Of a stretch of DNA of 64,000 bases, positions 45,751 through 56,574 are shown piece by piece. Below the pieces are notes generated by a model. The model saw only the letters and a program-made list of their open reading frames with translations. It did not search any database and was not told the DNA's origin. The stretch is from a virus. The position numbers and the translations under genes are program-made. The stretch covers positions 29,898 to 93,897 of the IMG/VR virus record IMGVR_UViG_3300032893_000018; one strand, given 5' to 3'. Position 1 is the stretch's first letter. Every line of letters starts with the position of its first letter.

Positions 45751-46950
45751 ATGAGCCAGGTCGTCATCGAGGAGCTCGGCGGCTCGAAGCGCACGTTGAC
45801 GCTCAACGGCGCGGGGCTGCCGTTCCAGGGCGCCGAGTGGGGCGGCGACCAGGTCGTCGACACGGTGTGGAACCCGGGGTCGTCGGTGGCCGTGCAGCAC
45901 GTGCTCGGGCCGAAGGAGCTGCCGTCGGACTGGGAGGGCGAGTGGAACACCACGCGGCTCGTCGCGTCGCCGTGCGAGTGGGACGACGGCACGGGCGGCG
46001 GTCTGAAGTCGCTCGTGCTCGCCGACGACGTGCGGAACGCGCTCGACTCGATCCGCATGCAGGGGCAGCTCCTCCGCGTCACGTGGACGGACAAGCCGAA
46101 CCGTCGCGTCGGGCGGTACGGGCGGCTGACGTCGGCGAAGTTCCCGACGACGCGGTCGGACGACATCAAGTGGAAGGCGACGTTCGAGTGGATCGGGCGC
46201 GTCGACGCGGGCATCGCCGTCGTGAACAGCGATCAGTCGGTGGCGGCGGCGCGGGCCGCGGCGCTCGCGGCGACGGACGCGCAATCGCGGATCGAGGCGG
46301 CGAACTTCATCGCGTCGAACCCGAGGGTGCCGAACTCGGCGTCGACGTTCACGCTCGGCGCGCTCGAGCAGTTCGCGAAGGCGCCGCTCGCGATCGCGCA
46401 GTCGTTCGCCCGCGCGATGACCGACGTCGCGAGCCGCATGCGCACGCTCGGCGGGATCATCAACACGGCGCGCTCGCTGCCGCAGGCGATCGCGGAGCAG
46501 TTCGTCGACGCGGCGCTCGACGCGGTGGGCGTGGCGAACGAGTTCGTCGACCAGATGAGCCGCCCGTCGCCCGAGACGATGTCGCTGCAGACGGACGTGA
46601 AGTCGCTCCTCCGCGCGACGACGTACTACTCGGGCGCGCAGACGGGCGCGGACCTGCTCGCCGAGCAGTCGATGACGGCAGCGCGCGCGGCGCAGCAGCG
46701 GCGGGCGGCGCGCATCCGCCCGGGCGCCGACCCGCGGTCGCTCACCGGCGCGGGCGACATCCTGACCGTGTACGCGCCGAAGGCGGGCGACACGCTGATC
46801 GCGATCTCGCTGCGGTTCTACGGCGTCGACCTGTCGTACCAGCTCGCGCGCGCGAACGGCCTGCCGGGCTCGACGATCTTCCCGCCCCGGTCGCCAGCGC
46901 TGATCATCCCGACGCGCGCGGTGATCGACGCGCTCTCCGGGAGCACGTGA
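45751..46950 (+). CDS. Tube initiator/baseplate protein with C-terminal LysM-like domain
   Basis: KAGDTLIAISLRFYG...LARANGL...LIIP. Confidence 0.7.
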   Translation: MSQVVIEELGGSKRTLTLNGAGLPFQGAEWGGDQVVDTVWNPGSSVAVQHVLGPKELPSDWEGEWNTTRLVASPCEWDDGTGGGLKSLVLADDVRNALDSIRMQGQLLRVTWTDKPNRRVGRYGRLTSAKFPTTRSDDIKWKATFEWIGRVDAGIAVVNSDQSVAAARAAALAATDAQSRIEAANFIASNPRVPNSASTFTLGALEQFAKAPLAIAQSFARAMTDVASRMRTLGGIINTARSLPQAIAEQFVDAALDAVGVANEFVDQMSRPSPETMSLQTDVKSLLRATTYYSGAQTGADLLAEQSMTAARAAQQRRAARIRPGADPRSLTGAGDILTVYAPKAGDTLIAISLRFYGVDLSYQLARANGLPGSTIFPPRSPALIIPTRAVIDALSGST

Positions 46951-46951
46951 C

Positions 46952-48709
46952 GTGTACCGGCAGCCCGAGCAAAGCTACTACCCGAGGGCGCGGCTACGCC
47001 TCCTGATCCGGTTCGAGGACTACGGCGATCCAGGGACTCCGGCGGTTCCTGCGCGCATCCCGACGCTCCGCGGCGGCTCGAAGGACACGGGCGCGCCGGG
47101 GCGGCTGAAGGTCGTGAACAACGACGGAGTGCTGACGCTGGTGCAGCCGGGCACGAACCCGGCGACGGGGATCGGCGGGCCGCAGGACCAGACGACGAGC
47201 TCGGACGGGCTCACGCACGTCGTCGACGGCGTCGTGCCGATCTCAGCGCGCCACGAGCGGAACGGGATCCGACTCGCCGATAAGCTGACGTGCACGGTGT
47301 CGTTCGCCGACTTCCCGTTCGACCCGCGCACGATCCGCGCGTGCGCGGTGAAGTACTTCCTCGGGTGCATCTCGGCGGAGGACGCGGCGCGCGGCGCCGA
47401 GGGGCAGATGCGGCCGAACTCCACGGTGCTCGGCCAGGCGATGCCGTACCTGACGATCCCCGACACGTGGGTCGACTCGCTCGGGCGCACGCGGTCGAAC
47501 CAGCGCTTCTCTGGCTGGGTCGACACGGACGCGATGCAGCTCGACGACGACTCGGCGACGGTGCAGCTCGAGTGCACGGACAACACGCGGCGGTTCATCG
47601 ACCAGGACCACCCGTCGCAGCTGTTCGTCGCCGCCGACCGCCCGATCGACGAGGCGATCGCGAACTACCTCGCGTCGTTCCCGCAGTTCGTCGGCTTCTC
47701 CGTGGAGTACCGCCCGCGCGTGCAGCGCAGCGTGATCCCGCTCCTGTCGAAGGCGCTGTCGGAGACGTCGAAGCGCCCGGGCAAGGGGCCGCTCCAGGGG
47801 ACGCAGACGCAGAAGGTGTCGGTGTGGGACTACCTGACGGACGTCGCCGGGATGATCGGCCACATCATTCGCGTCGTCGACACGACGGTCGTCATCCAGC
47901 GGCCGCGCACGCTCTACCAGGGCGACTTCGTGCGCGAGGGCGACCCGTTCACGGGCCGCATCATCGAGCAGTCGGGGGGCGACCCGCTCGTGCTCCGCGC
48001 GCGGATGTACGGCTACGGCGCGAACGTGCGGTCGCTCGCGATCGAGCGCGGCTATGCGAAGCGCGCGCCGACGAACTTCGAGGTGCGGAGCTACGACACG
48101 GCGCGGAAGAAAACGATCTACATCCGGTACCCGGACCGGAACGACCGCGTGAAGTCGCTCCTGCCGGGGGAGGGCGCCGACCTGAAGTTCGAGGTGGTGC
48201 GCGTGCAGGGCGTGAGCGACCCGGAGACGCTGCGCGTGATCGCCCAAGCGCACTACGAGTCGCGGAACCGGAATGAGATCGTCGCGACGGTCGAGACGGT
48301 GAACCTCGGGTCGTTCGGCGGCGACAACCTCGACCCCGACGTGCTCGACCTGGAGGAGGGCGACCCGGTGCAGATCGAGGTGGTGCGTTCGGACACGGCG
48401 AGCACGGTGCAGAAGCTCGCGGCGGCGACCGCCGACGAGCTCGTCGCGCTCGGGTTCAAGTCGGACCTCGCCGCGGCGTACGTCGCCGCGCGCGATCGGA
48501 TCGCACTCCCGAACACGTTCCGCACGCGGCAGATGTCGACGGACTGGAGCAACGACAAGACCGTCGTGGTGAAGATCGCGGCGGTGAACTACGTCGTGGT
48601 GAGCGTCGACAAGACGCTGCCCGACGGTGAGGAGATCACGACGGACCAGCTCGAGGGGACGCAGGAGGACCGCGCTCAGGTCGTGAGCGTGGACGATCAG
48701 TTCGGATGA
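46952..48709 (+). CDS. Baseplate hub (gpD-like)
   Basis: Position; SVWDYLTDVA, YGANVRSL. Confidence 0.65.
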   Translation: MYRQPEQSYYPRARLRLLIRFEDYGDPGTPAVPARIPTLRGGSKDTGAPGRLKVVNNDGVLTLVQPGTNPATGIGGPQDQTTSSDGLTHVVDGVVPISARHERNGIRLADKLTCTVSFADFPFDPRTIRACAVKYFLGCISAEDAARGAEGQMRPNSTVLGQAMPYLTIPDTWVDSLGRTRSNQRFSGWVDTDAMQLDDDSATVQLECTDNTRRFIDQDHPSQLFVAADRPIDEAIANYLASFPQFVGFSVEYRPRVQRSVIPLLSKALSETSKRPGKGPLQGTQTQKVSVWDYLTDVAGMIGHIIRVVDTTVVIQRPRTLYQGDFVREGDPFTGRIIEQSGGDPLVLRARMYGYGANVRSLAIERGYAKRAPTNFEVRSYDTARKKTIYIRYPDRNDRVKSLLPGEGADLKFEVVRVQGVSDPETLRVIAQAHYESRNRNEIVATVETVNLGSFGGDNLDPDVLDLEEGDPVQIEVVRSDTASTVQKLAAATADELVALGFKSDLAAAYVAARDRIALPNTFRTRQMSTDWSNDKTVVVKIAAVNYVVVSVDKTLPDGEEITTDQLEGTQEDRAQVVSVDDQFG

Positions 48710-49767
48710 GGCGCCAGCGCTATCGCCACGTCGGGTCGTTGAATCTCGCCGACCTCGGCCGCGAGATGGAGACGCCGAACGCCCGCCGCGTGTGGGTCAG
48801 CTACGGCGTGGTCGAGGGCACGGACAGCGAGCCGTGCGTGACGTTCGACAAGGACCAGGGCCAGGTGCTCGTGCGGGTGATGCTGCAGCCCGACCTGATC
48901 CCGGCCTACTGCCGCGTGGCCATGCGGATCGCCGGCAACGGCGAGGCGGAGTACCACCCGTTCCTGACAAACGACGAGGTGATCGTCGTCGTGCCGGAGG
49001 GCAGCCCGCGCGCGGGGCCCGTGATCATCGGCAAGCTGAACGGGCAGCTCGACCCGTTCCCGATGGACTCGGTCGCGGGGCAGGACCCGACGAAGAACAA
49101 CTTCGCGTTCAAGCGCACGCGTACACCGTACGTGGAGGAGTACGACGGGCCGCTGATGTTCCGGTCGGCGTCGACCGGCGGCTTCCTGTCGATCGACGAG
49201 GCGGGCGTCGTGACGATCCGCGCGGGCGACGCGACGGACCCGGCAGCGCCCGCGGCGGGGTTCCGCATGGGGCCCGACCTGATCGGCGTGCAGAACGCGG
49301 AAGCCGACGTGATGCTTCAGCTGAACCTCACCGACGAGCTCTTCTTTCTCCGCGTGAAGGACCTGAACGTCACGCTGTCGAACACGGCGACTCACCCGAG
49401 CCTGATCGGCGTGCCCGACGCGCTCGCGATCGGCACGGCGGGCAACGCGCCTGGCGAGCACGCGATGAGCACGGAGGCGATGCTGCTCGTGCTGATGAAC
49501 TTCATGCAGACGCTCGGCGCCGCGATCGGGACGGCGTCGCCCGGGCCGCTGTCGGGCGCGACGCTCGCGGCGCTGATGACCCGTGCGTCGACGGTCGCGC
49601 CGATGGCGGCGGCGCTCGCGGCGTCAGGCGCTGGCGTGCTGGCGGCGCTTGACTCGGGCACGCTGTCGGCGCTCCTCGCGGCGTTCGCGTCGATGCCGCA
49701 GAAGCAAGCATCGCCGACCGGGCAGGTCGCGCCCGGTGTCGGTTCCCCGGGCTTGTTCATCGGATGA
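48706..49767 (+). CDS. Baseplate spike (gpV-like)
   Basis: OB-fold-like GEAEYHPF..NDEVIV...G...GPVIIG. Confidence 0.7.
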   Translation: MRRQRYRHVGSLNLADLGREMETPNARRVWVSYGVVEGTDSEPCVTFDKDQGQVLVRVMLQPDLIPAYCRVAMRIAGNGEAEYHPFLTNDEVIVVVPEGSPRAGPVIIGKLNGQLDPFPMDSVAGQDPTKNNFAFKRTRTPYVEEYDGPLMFRSASTGGFLSIDEAGVVTIRAGDATDPAAPAAGFRMGPDLIGVQNAEADVMLQLNLTDELFFLRVKDLNVTLSNTATHPSLIGVPDALAIGTAGNAPGEHAMSTEAMLLVLMNFMQTLGAAIGTASPGPLSGATLAALMTRASTVAPMAAALAASGAGVLAALDSGTLSALLAAFASMPQKQASPTGQVAPGVGSPGLFIG

Positions 49768-49781
49768 AGTAAGATCGACCG

Positions 49782-50108
49782 ATGGCCGGCTTCGCTCCTC
49801 CGCTCGATGCGCCGCCCCCCGGGAACGACACCGGCGCGGGCGTGACGGGAGGCGCGAGCTTCGCACCGTCGCCGTCGGGGCCGTCGCTGTGCGGCTTCAC
49901 GATCCCGACGTTCAGCTACTTCCTCGGCTTCCGCCTGCCGGGCTTCCCGCCGTTCGCGTTCCCGCCGACGTTCAACTTCCTGATCCGCCTCAACTGCGAC
50001 CTGTCGAACCCGCTGTCGGCGTCGTTCGGGTTCGGCGGCGGCCGCGTGAGCACGATCGACAAGGACGCCGACCCCGAGTACGGCGAGGGTCTCGCCGATG
50101 CGGCGTGA
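49782..50108 (+). CDS. Hypothetical baseplate-region protein
   Basis: Pro/Phe-rich ORF. Confidence 0.55.
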   Translation: MAGFAPPLDAPPPGNDTGAGVTGGASFAPSPSGPSLCGFTIPTFSYFLGFRLPGFPPFAFPPTFNFLIRLNCDLSNPLSASFGFGGGRVSTIDKDADPEYGEGLADAA

Positions 50109-50382
50109 TGCGTGGCGCGTGGAGGCCACCACATGGACCGTCGGCGAGGGTGGCCCCGTGGTGGAGATCCGCGGCGCGGTGATGTTCCCGCAGTACGTGG
50201 AACTCGACGACATCTTCCACGAGCAGGCAGGCGACCGCGTCGACCTGCCCGACGATCGCTGCGCGCTGTGCCGCGCCGGGCTGTGCGTGCAGCTGCAGGA
50301 TCGCGAGGAGAAGAACCTCGTCCGCCACGGGCGCCTGCACGATGCGTGAAGCCGCGGCCGCGGGCTGGTAGTCTCCGGGGCG

Positions 50383-51189
50383 ATGTCGCTTCAGATCCTG
50401 ATCAGCCAGTCCGGCGCGCCCGTCACCCCGCCCGGCCAGGCGCGCGAGGATCTCGTGACGGGGCTTCCGGTGCAGCTCGAAGCGATCGGGGGGCCGTTCT
50501 CGAAGTACCTGTGGACATTCATCTCGAAGCCGATCGACATCGCGGCGGAGGCGTTCGCGAACTCGGCGTTCACGGCGTCGACGTCGGCCGTGACGCTGGT
50601 CGACCCGGTCGACGTGCGAGGCACGTACCTCGTGCAGGTCGCGGTCGACAGCGGGCAGGGGCTCGGCGCGACCGAGGACGACGTCGCGCAGATCACGTTC
50701 TACGCGGGCGACCTCGCGACGGCGCTGCAGGGCGCGCTCGCGACCGACCCGGGCGAGCTCCCCCGCCGGCTGATGGCGTACGCCGAGCAGCTCCAGCACA
50801 ACGTGCCGGACGCGCTCCAGCCGACGGGCAACACCGAGGGATGGAGCCGGGAGTGGTATCGGATCTGGGACGTCCTCGAGCGGATGTACCAGGGCAAGGG
50901 GTGGGCGCACGCGCGCGTCGCGATCCCGGGCGGCGGTCCCGCGTCGGTGGTGAACGGGTTCAACGTGGCGACCGCGACGTGGACGGCGACCGGCACCGTC
51001 GACATCGTGTTCGTTCGACCGATGCAGACCGCGGACTACTCCGTGATCCCGGTGCCGATCGGCGCGGCCGGCATGGCGTACGCGGACAACATCACGACCA
51101 CGGGCTTCACGCTGCACCGCTCCGACGTCGGCGGCACCGACGCCGACCTCGACACGGCGTTCGTCGTTCACTACGCGCTGCAACCGTGA
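50383..51189 (+). CDS. Putative virion/fibre-associated protein
   Basis: Ig/PKD-like N-terminus, fibre-tip-like C-terminus. Confidence 0.55.
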   Translation: MSLQILISQSGAPVTPPGQAREDLVTGLPVQLEAIGGPFSKYLWTFISKPIDIAAEAFANSAFTASTSAVTLVDPVDVRGTYLVQVAVDSGQGLGATEDDVAQITFYAGDLATALQGALATDPGELPRRLMAYAEQLQHNVPDALQPTGNTEGWSREWYRIWDVLERMYQGKGWAHARVAIPGGGPASVVNGFNVATATWTATGTVDIVFVRPMQTADYSVIPVPIGAAGMAYADNITTTGFTLHRSDVGGTDADLDTAFVVHYALQP

Positions 51190-51193
51190 GCCC

Positions 51194-52369
51194 ATGGCCG
51201 AGTCGTTCTTCAGCGGGAACGTCAGGCAGGCCGGCGCTTCCCAGAACGCCGCCGAGCTCCGCGCGCTCGGGCCCGTCGAGCAGTTCCGCCCGGGCCAGCT
51301 CGCCGGGCTCCTCGGCGGGAACGTGTACTACTGGGATCCGTCGTCGACGGCGACGGACGACGGCGCGACGGTCATCAAGCCGGATGCGCTCGGGCCGACC
51401 GACCCCGGTCGCTGGCTGATCATCAACCTCGGGTCGGGGCCGGGCGCGCAGGGCGCGCAGGGCGGCCCGGGCGCGACGGGTGCCCAAGGTGCGGCGGGCA
51501 CGCAGGGAGCGCAGGGCGGGGCAGGCACGCCGGGCGCGCAGGGTTCCCAGGGCGGCGTGGGCGCGCAGGGCGGCACCGGCGCCCAAGGGGTCCCGGGCAC
51601 GCCGGGCGGCCCGCAGGGGGCGCAGGGTGCGCAGGGCGACATGGGGAGCGCCGGCTTCCAGGGTTTCCAAGGTCGGCAGGGGAACACCGGCGCGCAGGGG
51701 CTTCAGGGCGACGTCGGCGCGCAGGGGTCGCAGGGCGTCGTCGGAGCGCAGGGCGTGCAAGGCGCGCAGGGCGCGCAGGGCGCGCAGGGATCAGTCGGCG
51801 CGCAGGGGTCGCAGGGCAATCAAGGGCTTCAAGGATCGCAGGGGTTCCAGGGCTTCCAGGGCGTGAGCGCCATCGGGCAGATCAATCTGAGCTCCGCGGG
51901 CGGGTGGAGCTCGCTCACGAGCGGTAACGAGTCGCAGCAGCAGACTGAGTCGACGACGAACAAGGTCAACACGTTCACGGCGCGCTTCCTCACCGCGACG
52001 CAAAGCTTCTTCGAGTGCCAGATGGCGATGCCGTCCGACTACGACGGCGGCACGCTCACGGCCGTCTTCTACTGGATGGCGAACTCTTCGGCGACGGACC
52101 CGTGCGTGCTCGGGCTCGCGTGCCGCGCGTACGCCGACGGCGACACGTGGGATCAGGCCTACGGCACCGTGCAGGAGGTGACGAAGGCGAACAACGGCCA
52201 GCTGGTGATGAACATTACCACGGCGACCGCCGCGATCACGCCCTCGGGCACCCCCGGCGCCGGGTGCCACATGCAGTTTCGCATCGAGCGCAAAGGCTCG
52301 GGCGCCGACACGCTCGCCGCGACGGTGCGGCTCCTCGAATGCAAGGTCACGTACACGCGCCTGCCGTGA
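51194..52369 (+). CDS. Collagen-like fibre protein
   Basis: DDGATVIKP...GRW N-terminus, long GAQG repeat, globular C-terminus. Confidence 0.8.
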   Translation: MAESFFSGNVRQAGASQNAAELRALGPVEQFRPGQLAGLLGGNVYYWDPSSTATDDGATVIKPDALGPTDPGRWLIINLGSGPGAQGAQGGPGATGAQGAAGTQGAQGGAGTPGAQGSQGGVGAQGGTGAQGVPGTPGGPQGAQGAQGDMGSAGFQGFQGRQGNTGAQGLQGDVGAQGSQGVVGAQGVQGAQGAQGAQGSVGAQGSQGNQGLQGSQGFQGFQGVSAIGQINLSSAGGWSSLTSGNESQQQTESTTNKVNTFTARFLTATQSFFECQMAMPSDYDGGTLTAVFYWMANSSATDPCVLGLACRAYADGDTWDQAYGTVQEVTKANNGQLVMNITTATAAITPSGTPGAGCHMQFRIERKGSGADTLAATVRLLECKVTYTRLP

Positions 52370-52383
52370 GTTAGGATCCCGCC

Positions 52384-52737
52384 ATGCCCATCGTCGCCGA
52401 CAACGTCACCGAGACCACGACCATCGACATCCCGCAGCCGCCCGTGCAGGAGTCCCGCGTGCTCGACACGTTCATGATCACGCAGCTCACGATCGGCCTC
52501 CCGCCGAACGACGTTGCGAGCACGCGCATCAACGGCCAGCTCGAGCGCGGCTACCGCGACGACAAGGGCCAGTTCACGAGCGTCTCGACGACGTCGTTTC
52601 AGATCGCGGGCGCCGAACTCCTGAAGCTCATGGGCTCGCCCGTCACGCAGGGGCTCTCGCACTACGAGGACTTCAAGCAAACGATCTACGCCTTCCTGAT
52701 CGCCCGCGGCGACATCCCCGCGGGCACCGTGACGTGA
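52384..52737 (+). CDS. Hypothetical protein (possible fibre chaperone)
   Basis: ORF between fibre genes. Confidence 0.55.
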   Translation: MPIVADNVTETTTIDIPQPPVQESRVLDTFMITQLTIGLPPNDVASTRINGQLERGYRDDKGQFTSVSTTSFQIAGAELLKLMGSPVTQGLSHYEDFKQTIYAFLIARGDIPAGTVT

Positions 52738-52744
52738 GGTAGGC

Positions 52745-55663
52745 GTGGCGCGCTACTGGGTCCCCGGTGGCACGGGCAACTGGAACAGCACCACCAACTG
52801 GTCGACGACCGACGGTGGTACTTCCGGCGCGTCCGTCCCCGACGCGACTCAGGACGCGAACTTCACCGCGTCGAGCGGCGCGGGCACGGCGACGGTCAAC
52901 GCTTCCGCCGCGTGCTTGAACCTCAACTTCACGGGCTTCACCGGCACGTTCACGGGGTCGTCGGCGCTCGCCATCACGGGCGGGCTCACGCTCGTCGTGA
53001 CGATGACGCTCTCGTACACGGGCGCGATCACGTTCAACGACACGAGCGGGTCGACGAACTCGATCACGAGCGCCGGTCAGACCTTCCTCTCGACCATCAC
53101 CTTCAACGGCGCGGGCGGCATGTGGCAGCTCGCTGACACCTTCGTCTCGACGGCCGCCGGTGGCGTGGTGCTCACCACCGGCACTTTCGATTTCAACTCC
53201 GTCGCTGCGACGATGGTGAAGTTCGACAGCTCCGGCGCGGGCACGCGCACGGCGAAGCTCGGCAACTCCCAGATCACGATCACCGGCAACAGCACCGGCG
53301 GCTCGTGGAACACCGTCTCGTCGCTGACGCTCACGACGGGCGGTTCCTCCAAGATCAGCTTCAACGCGACGACCGGTAACAACCAGATGAACTGTGGCGC
53401 GCTCGTCTTCGACGACGTCGAGTTCACCACGGGCGGGCACACCTTCACGATCTCGGGCACCGGTTCGCCGACGTTCCGAAACTGCTTCGTGAAGAGTCCG
53501 ACGGCTGGTGGGCAATTCAATCCTGGTGGCTCCAGCTTCACGAACCTCGACTTCACCGGCTTCGTCGGGATCTGGGGTGGCGCATCGCCTGTCAACGTCT
53601 CAGGCAACTTGACGATGGTCGGCACGATGACCACGACCTTCACGGGCGGGCTCACGTTCAACGGCACCGGCGCGCAAACACTCACCTCGGCGGGCGTCCA
53701 GCTGGCCACGCTGGTCTCGATCAATAAGGCCAGTGGGACGCTGACGCTCGCGGACGCGTTCATCACGACGAGCGGCGTGAACCTCACCGCGGGCGGGCTC
53801 AGCTCGGCCGGCGTGACGGCACAGATGCTGTCTTTCGTCTCCAACACGTCGAACGTGCGTTCTCTCGATCTCACGAACGCCACGTGGACGGTCGTCGGCT
53901 CGGGCACGGTTTGGAACATGAGCCCGTTCACGAACGGGTCGATCACCGTCACCAGTTCGTTGTTGATTTTCGACAACAGCGCCGACAGCAACAATCGTCT
54001 AGTAGCGACTCAGGCAGGAGTCGCGGTCGGCGATGTGCATTTCACCGGCACGGGGAGTGGGAACTTTGATGCCACCAATTTCGGCGCGCGCGATGTGAGC
54101 GTCTCGGTCACTGGCGGTGGTTCGTTCAAGGGCTGCGTGCAATCGAGGAACCTCGACTTCACCGGTTTCACCGGCTCATGGACGGGCACCGGAACGGTGA
54201 ACATCAGCGGCTCGCTGACGATGGTCACCGGCATGAGCATCGCGGGCGCGATGACCTCGCCGCTCAAGTTCAACGACACGACCGGCACGACTCGCACCAT
54301 CACGAGCGCTGGAAAGGTACTGATCAGCACCGTCACCTTCGACGGTGTCGGCGGCGTGTGGCAACTCGCCGACGCTTTCACGTCGACGAGCACGATCACG
54401 TTGACCAATGGATCTTTCTCGACTTTGGGCTATGCGGTGCAGTGCACGACGCTCAGCAGCAGCAACACGAACACCCGCGTGCTCGACATCACGAACTCGA
54501 CGATCACGCTCGTGCCGACGACGGTCACCACCGCGTGGCAACTCTCGACGACGACCGGGCTCGCGTTCACGAGCACTGGCTCTCGGATCGTCTTCCGCGG
54601 CTCGTCGACGGGGAACATCTCCTTCGCGACTGGGAGCCTCACGTATAACGACGTCGAATACTCGGGTACGTCCACGGATCAGTGGGTGTGGACCGGTAGC
54701 CCGACGTTCCGGGACATCTTCGTGACGAACCACAGCGGGGGATGGCTTGGGAACGCAGTGTGGGTCTGTCGGAACCTGAACTTCACCGGGTTCACCGGCA
54801 CGTGGAGCGGCACGGGTGGAGGATCCATCTCGGGCGACCTGACGATGTCCGCGTCGATGACGAACACGAACAGCGGCGCGCTCGTCATGAACGGCACCGG
54901 GACGCAGACGATCACCTCGAACGGGATCGGCTTCAACAAGACGATCAACATTAGCTGCACGGGCACGGTCCAGCTCGCCGACACGTTCACCGCGACGACG
55001 CTCTCGACCGTCACGCTTCTCCTCGTCAGCGGCACCTTCAACACGAACAACCAGGCGATGTTCGTGACGGGAGTCGCGCTCGGCTTCACCGGCGCGACCA
55101 CGCGAGCCTTCAACCTCGGCTCCTCCGTCGTCACCCTCACGGGAGGCGGGACCACGATCTGGAACTGCGCTCTGAGCCCTGGGACGATGGCGTTCAACGC
55201 GGGCACCTCGACGATCGTCCTGAACACGACGTCGAGCTCTCAGACGAACTTCGATGGAGGCGGGTTCACCTACTACAACGTCACCTTCGGCACCGGCGCA
55301 GGGACGGGAGCCTTCGAGATCATAAGCTCGAACACGTTCAACAACATCGAGCTGGACGGCGCTCCTCGAACGCTGCTCATCCAGCAGACCACGACGCAGA
55401 CGCTGAACGACCTGATCTGCATGGGCACGTCGTCGAACCTCAACACGATCAAGTCGGCGATCGGAGGCGTCCCCGCGACGCTCTCGAAGGCGAAGAACAA
55501 CACCGTGAACATCGACTGGACCCACTTCCAGGACATCCACTTCACGGGCGGCGCGCGGTGGTTCCTCGGCCAGCACGCGGTGAACGACGGCGGCACGAAC
55601 GGCGGGCGCTACGCCGGCAGCTCCGACCGGTACTCCTCGGGCGACACGCCCTACGCCGCCTGA
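52745..55663 (+). CDS. Large Thr/Gly/Ser-rich beta-helical adhesin/tail protein
   Basis: RYWVPGGTGNW start; four NL(N/D)FTGF repeat modules. Confidence 0.75.
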   Translation: MARYWVPGGTGNWNSTTNWSTTDGGTSGASVPDATQDANFTASSGAGTATVNASAACLNLNFTGFTGTFTGSSALAITGGLTLVVTMTLSYTGAITFNDTSGSTNSITSAGQTFLSTITFNGAGGMWQLADTFVSTAAGGVVLTTGTFDFNSVAATMVKFDSSGAGTRTAKLGNSQITITGNSTGGSWNTVSSLTLTTGGSSKISFNATTGNNQMNCGALVFDDVEFTTGGHTFTISGTGSPTFRNCFVKSPTAGGQFNPGGSSFTNLDFTGFVGIWGGASPVNVSGNLTMVGTMTTTFTGGLTFNGTGAQTLTSAGVQLATLVSINKASGTLTLADAFITTSGVNLTAGGLSSAGVTAQMLSFVSNTSNVRSLDLTNATWTVVGSGTVWNMSPFTNGSITVTSSLLIFDNSADSNNRLVATQAGVAVGDVHFTGTGSGNFDATNFGARDVSVSVTGGGSFKGCVQSRNLDFTGFTGSWTGTGTVNISGSLTMVTGMSIAGAMTSPLKFNDTTGTTRTITSAGKVLISTVTFDGVGGVWQLADAFTSTSTITLTNGSFSTLGYAVQCTTLSSSNTNTRVLDITNSTITLVPTTVTTAWQLSTTTGLAFTSTGSRIVFRGSSTGNISFATGSLTYNDVEYSGTSTDQWVWTGSPTFRDIFVTNHSGGWLGNAVWVCRNLNFTGFTGTWSGTGGGSISGDLTMSASMTNTNSGALVMNGTGTQTITSNGIGFNKTINISCTGTVQLADTFTATTLSTVTLLLVSGTFNTNNQAMFVTGVALGFTGATTRAFNLGSSVVTLTGGGTTIWNCALSPGTMAFNAGTSTIVLNTTSSSQTNFDGGGFTYYNVTFGTGAGTGAFEIISSNTFNNIELDGAPRTLLIQQTTTQTLNDLICMGTSSNLNTIKSAIGGVPATLSKAKNNTVNIDWTHFQDIHFTGGARWFLGQHAVNDGGTNGGRYAGSSDRYSSGDTPYAA

Positions 55664-55689
55664 GCGCCTCGCTGGTATGCTCGCAGGCG

Positions 55690-56574
55690 ATGACCGTCGC
55701 CACTGTTCCCTCCGGTTGGGGGGGAGGTTCCTGGGGCGCATCCCCGTGGGGCAGCGGCGCGCCGCCGTTCCGGCTCCTTCGCGCGCAGGCCGTGCGCGAG
55801 AACGTGATCCGGCTCTACTTCACGACGCAACCGCTCTTCACGGGGCTCGGCGGCCCGACGGACGCGGCCCGCGTCGACCGGTACTCGGTCGCGGTGGTCG
55901 GCGGCGTCGGCATCGACGGCGAGCCGTGCCGCCCGGTGATGCCCGCCGCGGTCGAGCTCGCCGCCGACCCGGGCTCGGTGAGCACCGAGATCGACGTGTT
56001 CGTCGATCGCCCGATGACGGCATGGCCGGCGCAGTACCGGGTGACGGCCGTCGGGCTCGTGTCGCGGCTCGGATCCTTCCTCCGGCCCGGCTCGTCGGCG
56101 GTGTTCGACGGTGCGCGCGCCGGCATCCTACCGGCGGTGTCGTCGAACCAGGTCGCGTCGAGTGATATCGCGAACCCGCAGACGCGCGCGGATCTCCTCG
56201 GGCTCCACGCGGTCAATCCGAACGCGGCGCTGGGGACGTTCCCCGTCGCGCCGACCGGCGACTACGCGTCGGACTCGCCGCTGAGCTCGTACCGGAAGCG
56301 CGTGTACCGCCGGCTGACGTCGATCACGGACGGGTTCGCGCACCTCGCGGGCTACGGCGTCGGGCTCGTCAGCGCGGTGAAGCGGCAGGCGCGGAGGGGC
56401 GCGCGCGAGCGGCTCGCGGCGATCGCGGAGCAGCAGATCATGCTCGAGCCCGAGACGCTCTCGGTGACGGTGCAGTTCACGACCGTCGGCGATGTTACGT
56501 TCTACCGCGTGCGCGCTCGCGTGAACTTCTCAACGGAGCCGGTCGGGTTCGACGTGCCGGTGGAGATCGGCTGA
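55690..56574 (+). CDS. Baseplate wedge protein with gp25-like C-terminus
   Basis: RRLTS...FAHLAGYGVGL...EPE; upstream of baseplate J. Confidence 0.6.
   Translation: MTVATVPSGWGGGSWGASPWGSGAPPFRLLRAQAVRENVIRLYFTTQPLFTGLGGPTDAARVDRYSVAVVGGVGIDGEPCRPVMPAAVELAADPGSVSTEIDVFVDRPMTAWPAQYRVTAVGLVSRLGSFLRPGSSAVFDGARAGILPAVSSNQVASSDIANPQTRADLLGLHAVNPNAALGTFPVAPTGDYASDSPLSSYRKRVYRRLTSITDGFAHLAGYGVGLVSAVKRQARRGARERLAAIAEQQIMLEPETLSVTVQFTTVGDVTFYRVRARVNFSTEPVGFDVPVEIG

Noticed and set aside
52745-55663. Diversity-generating retroelement or invertible fibre system
   Set aside because: No reverse transcriptase, invertase or TR/VR pair seen; the repeats are diverged protein modules
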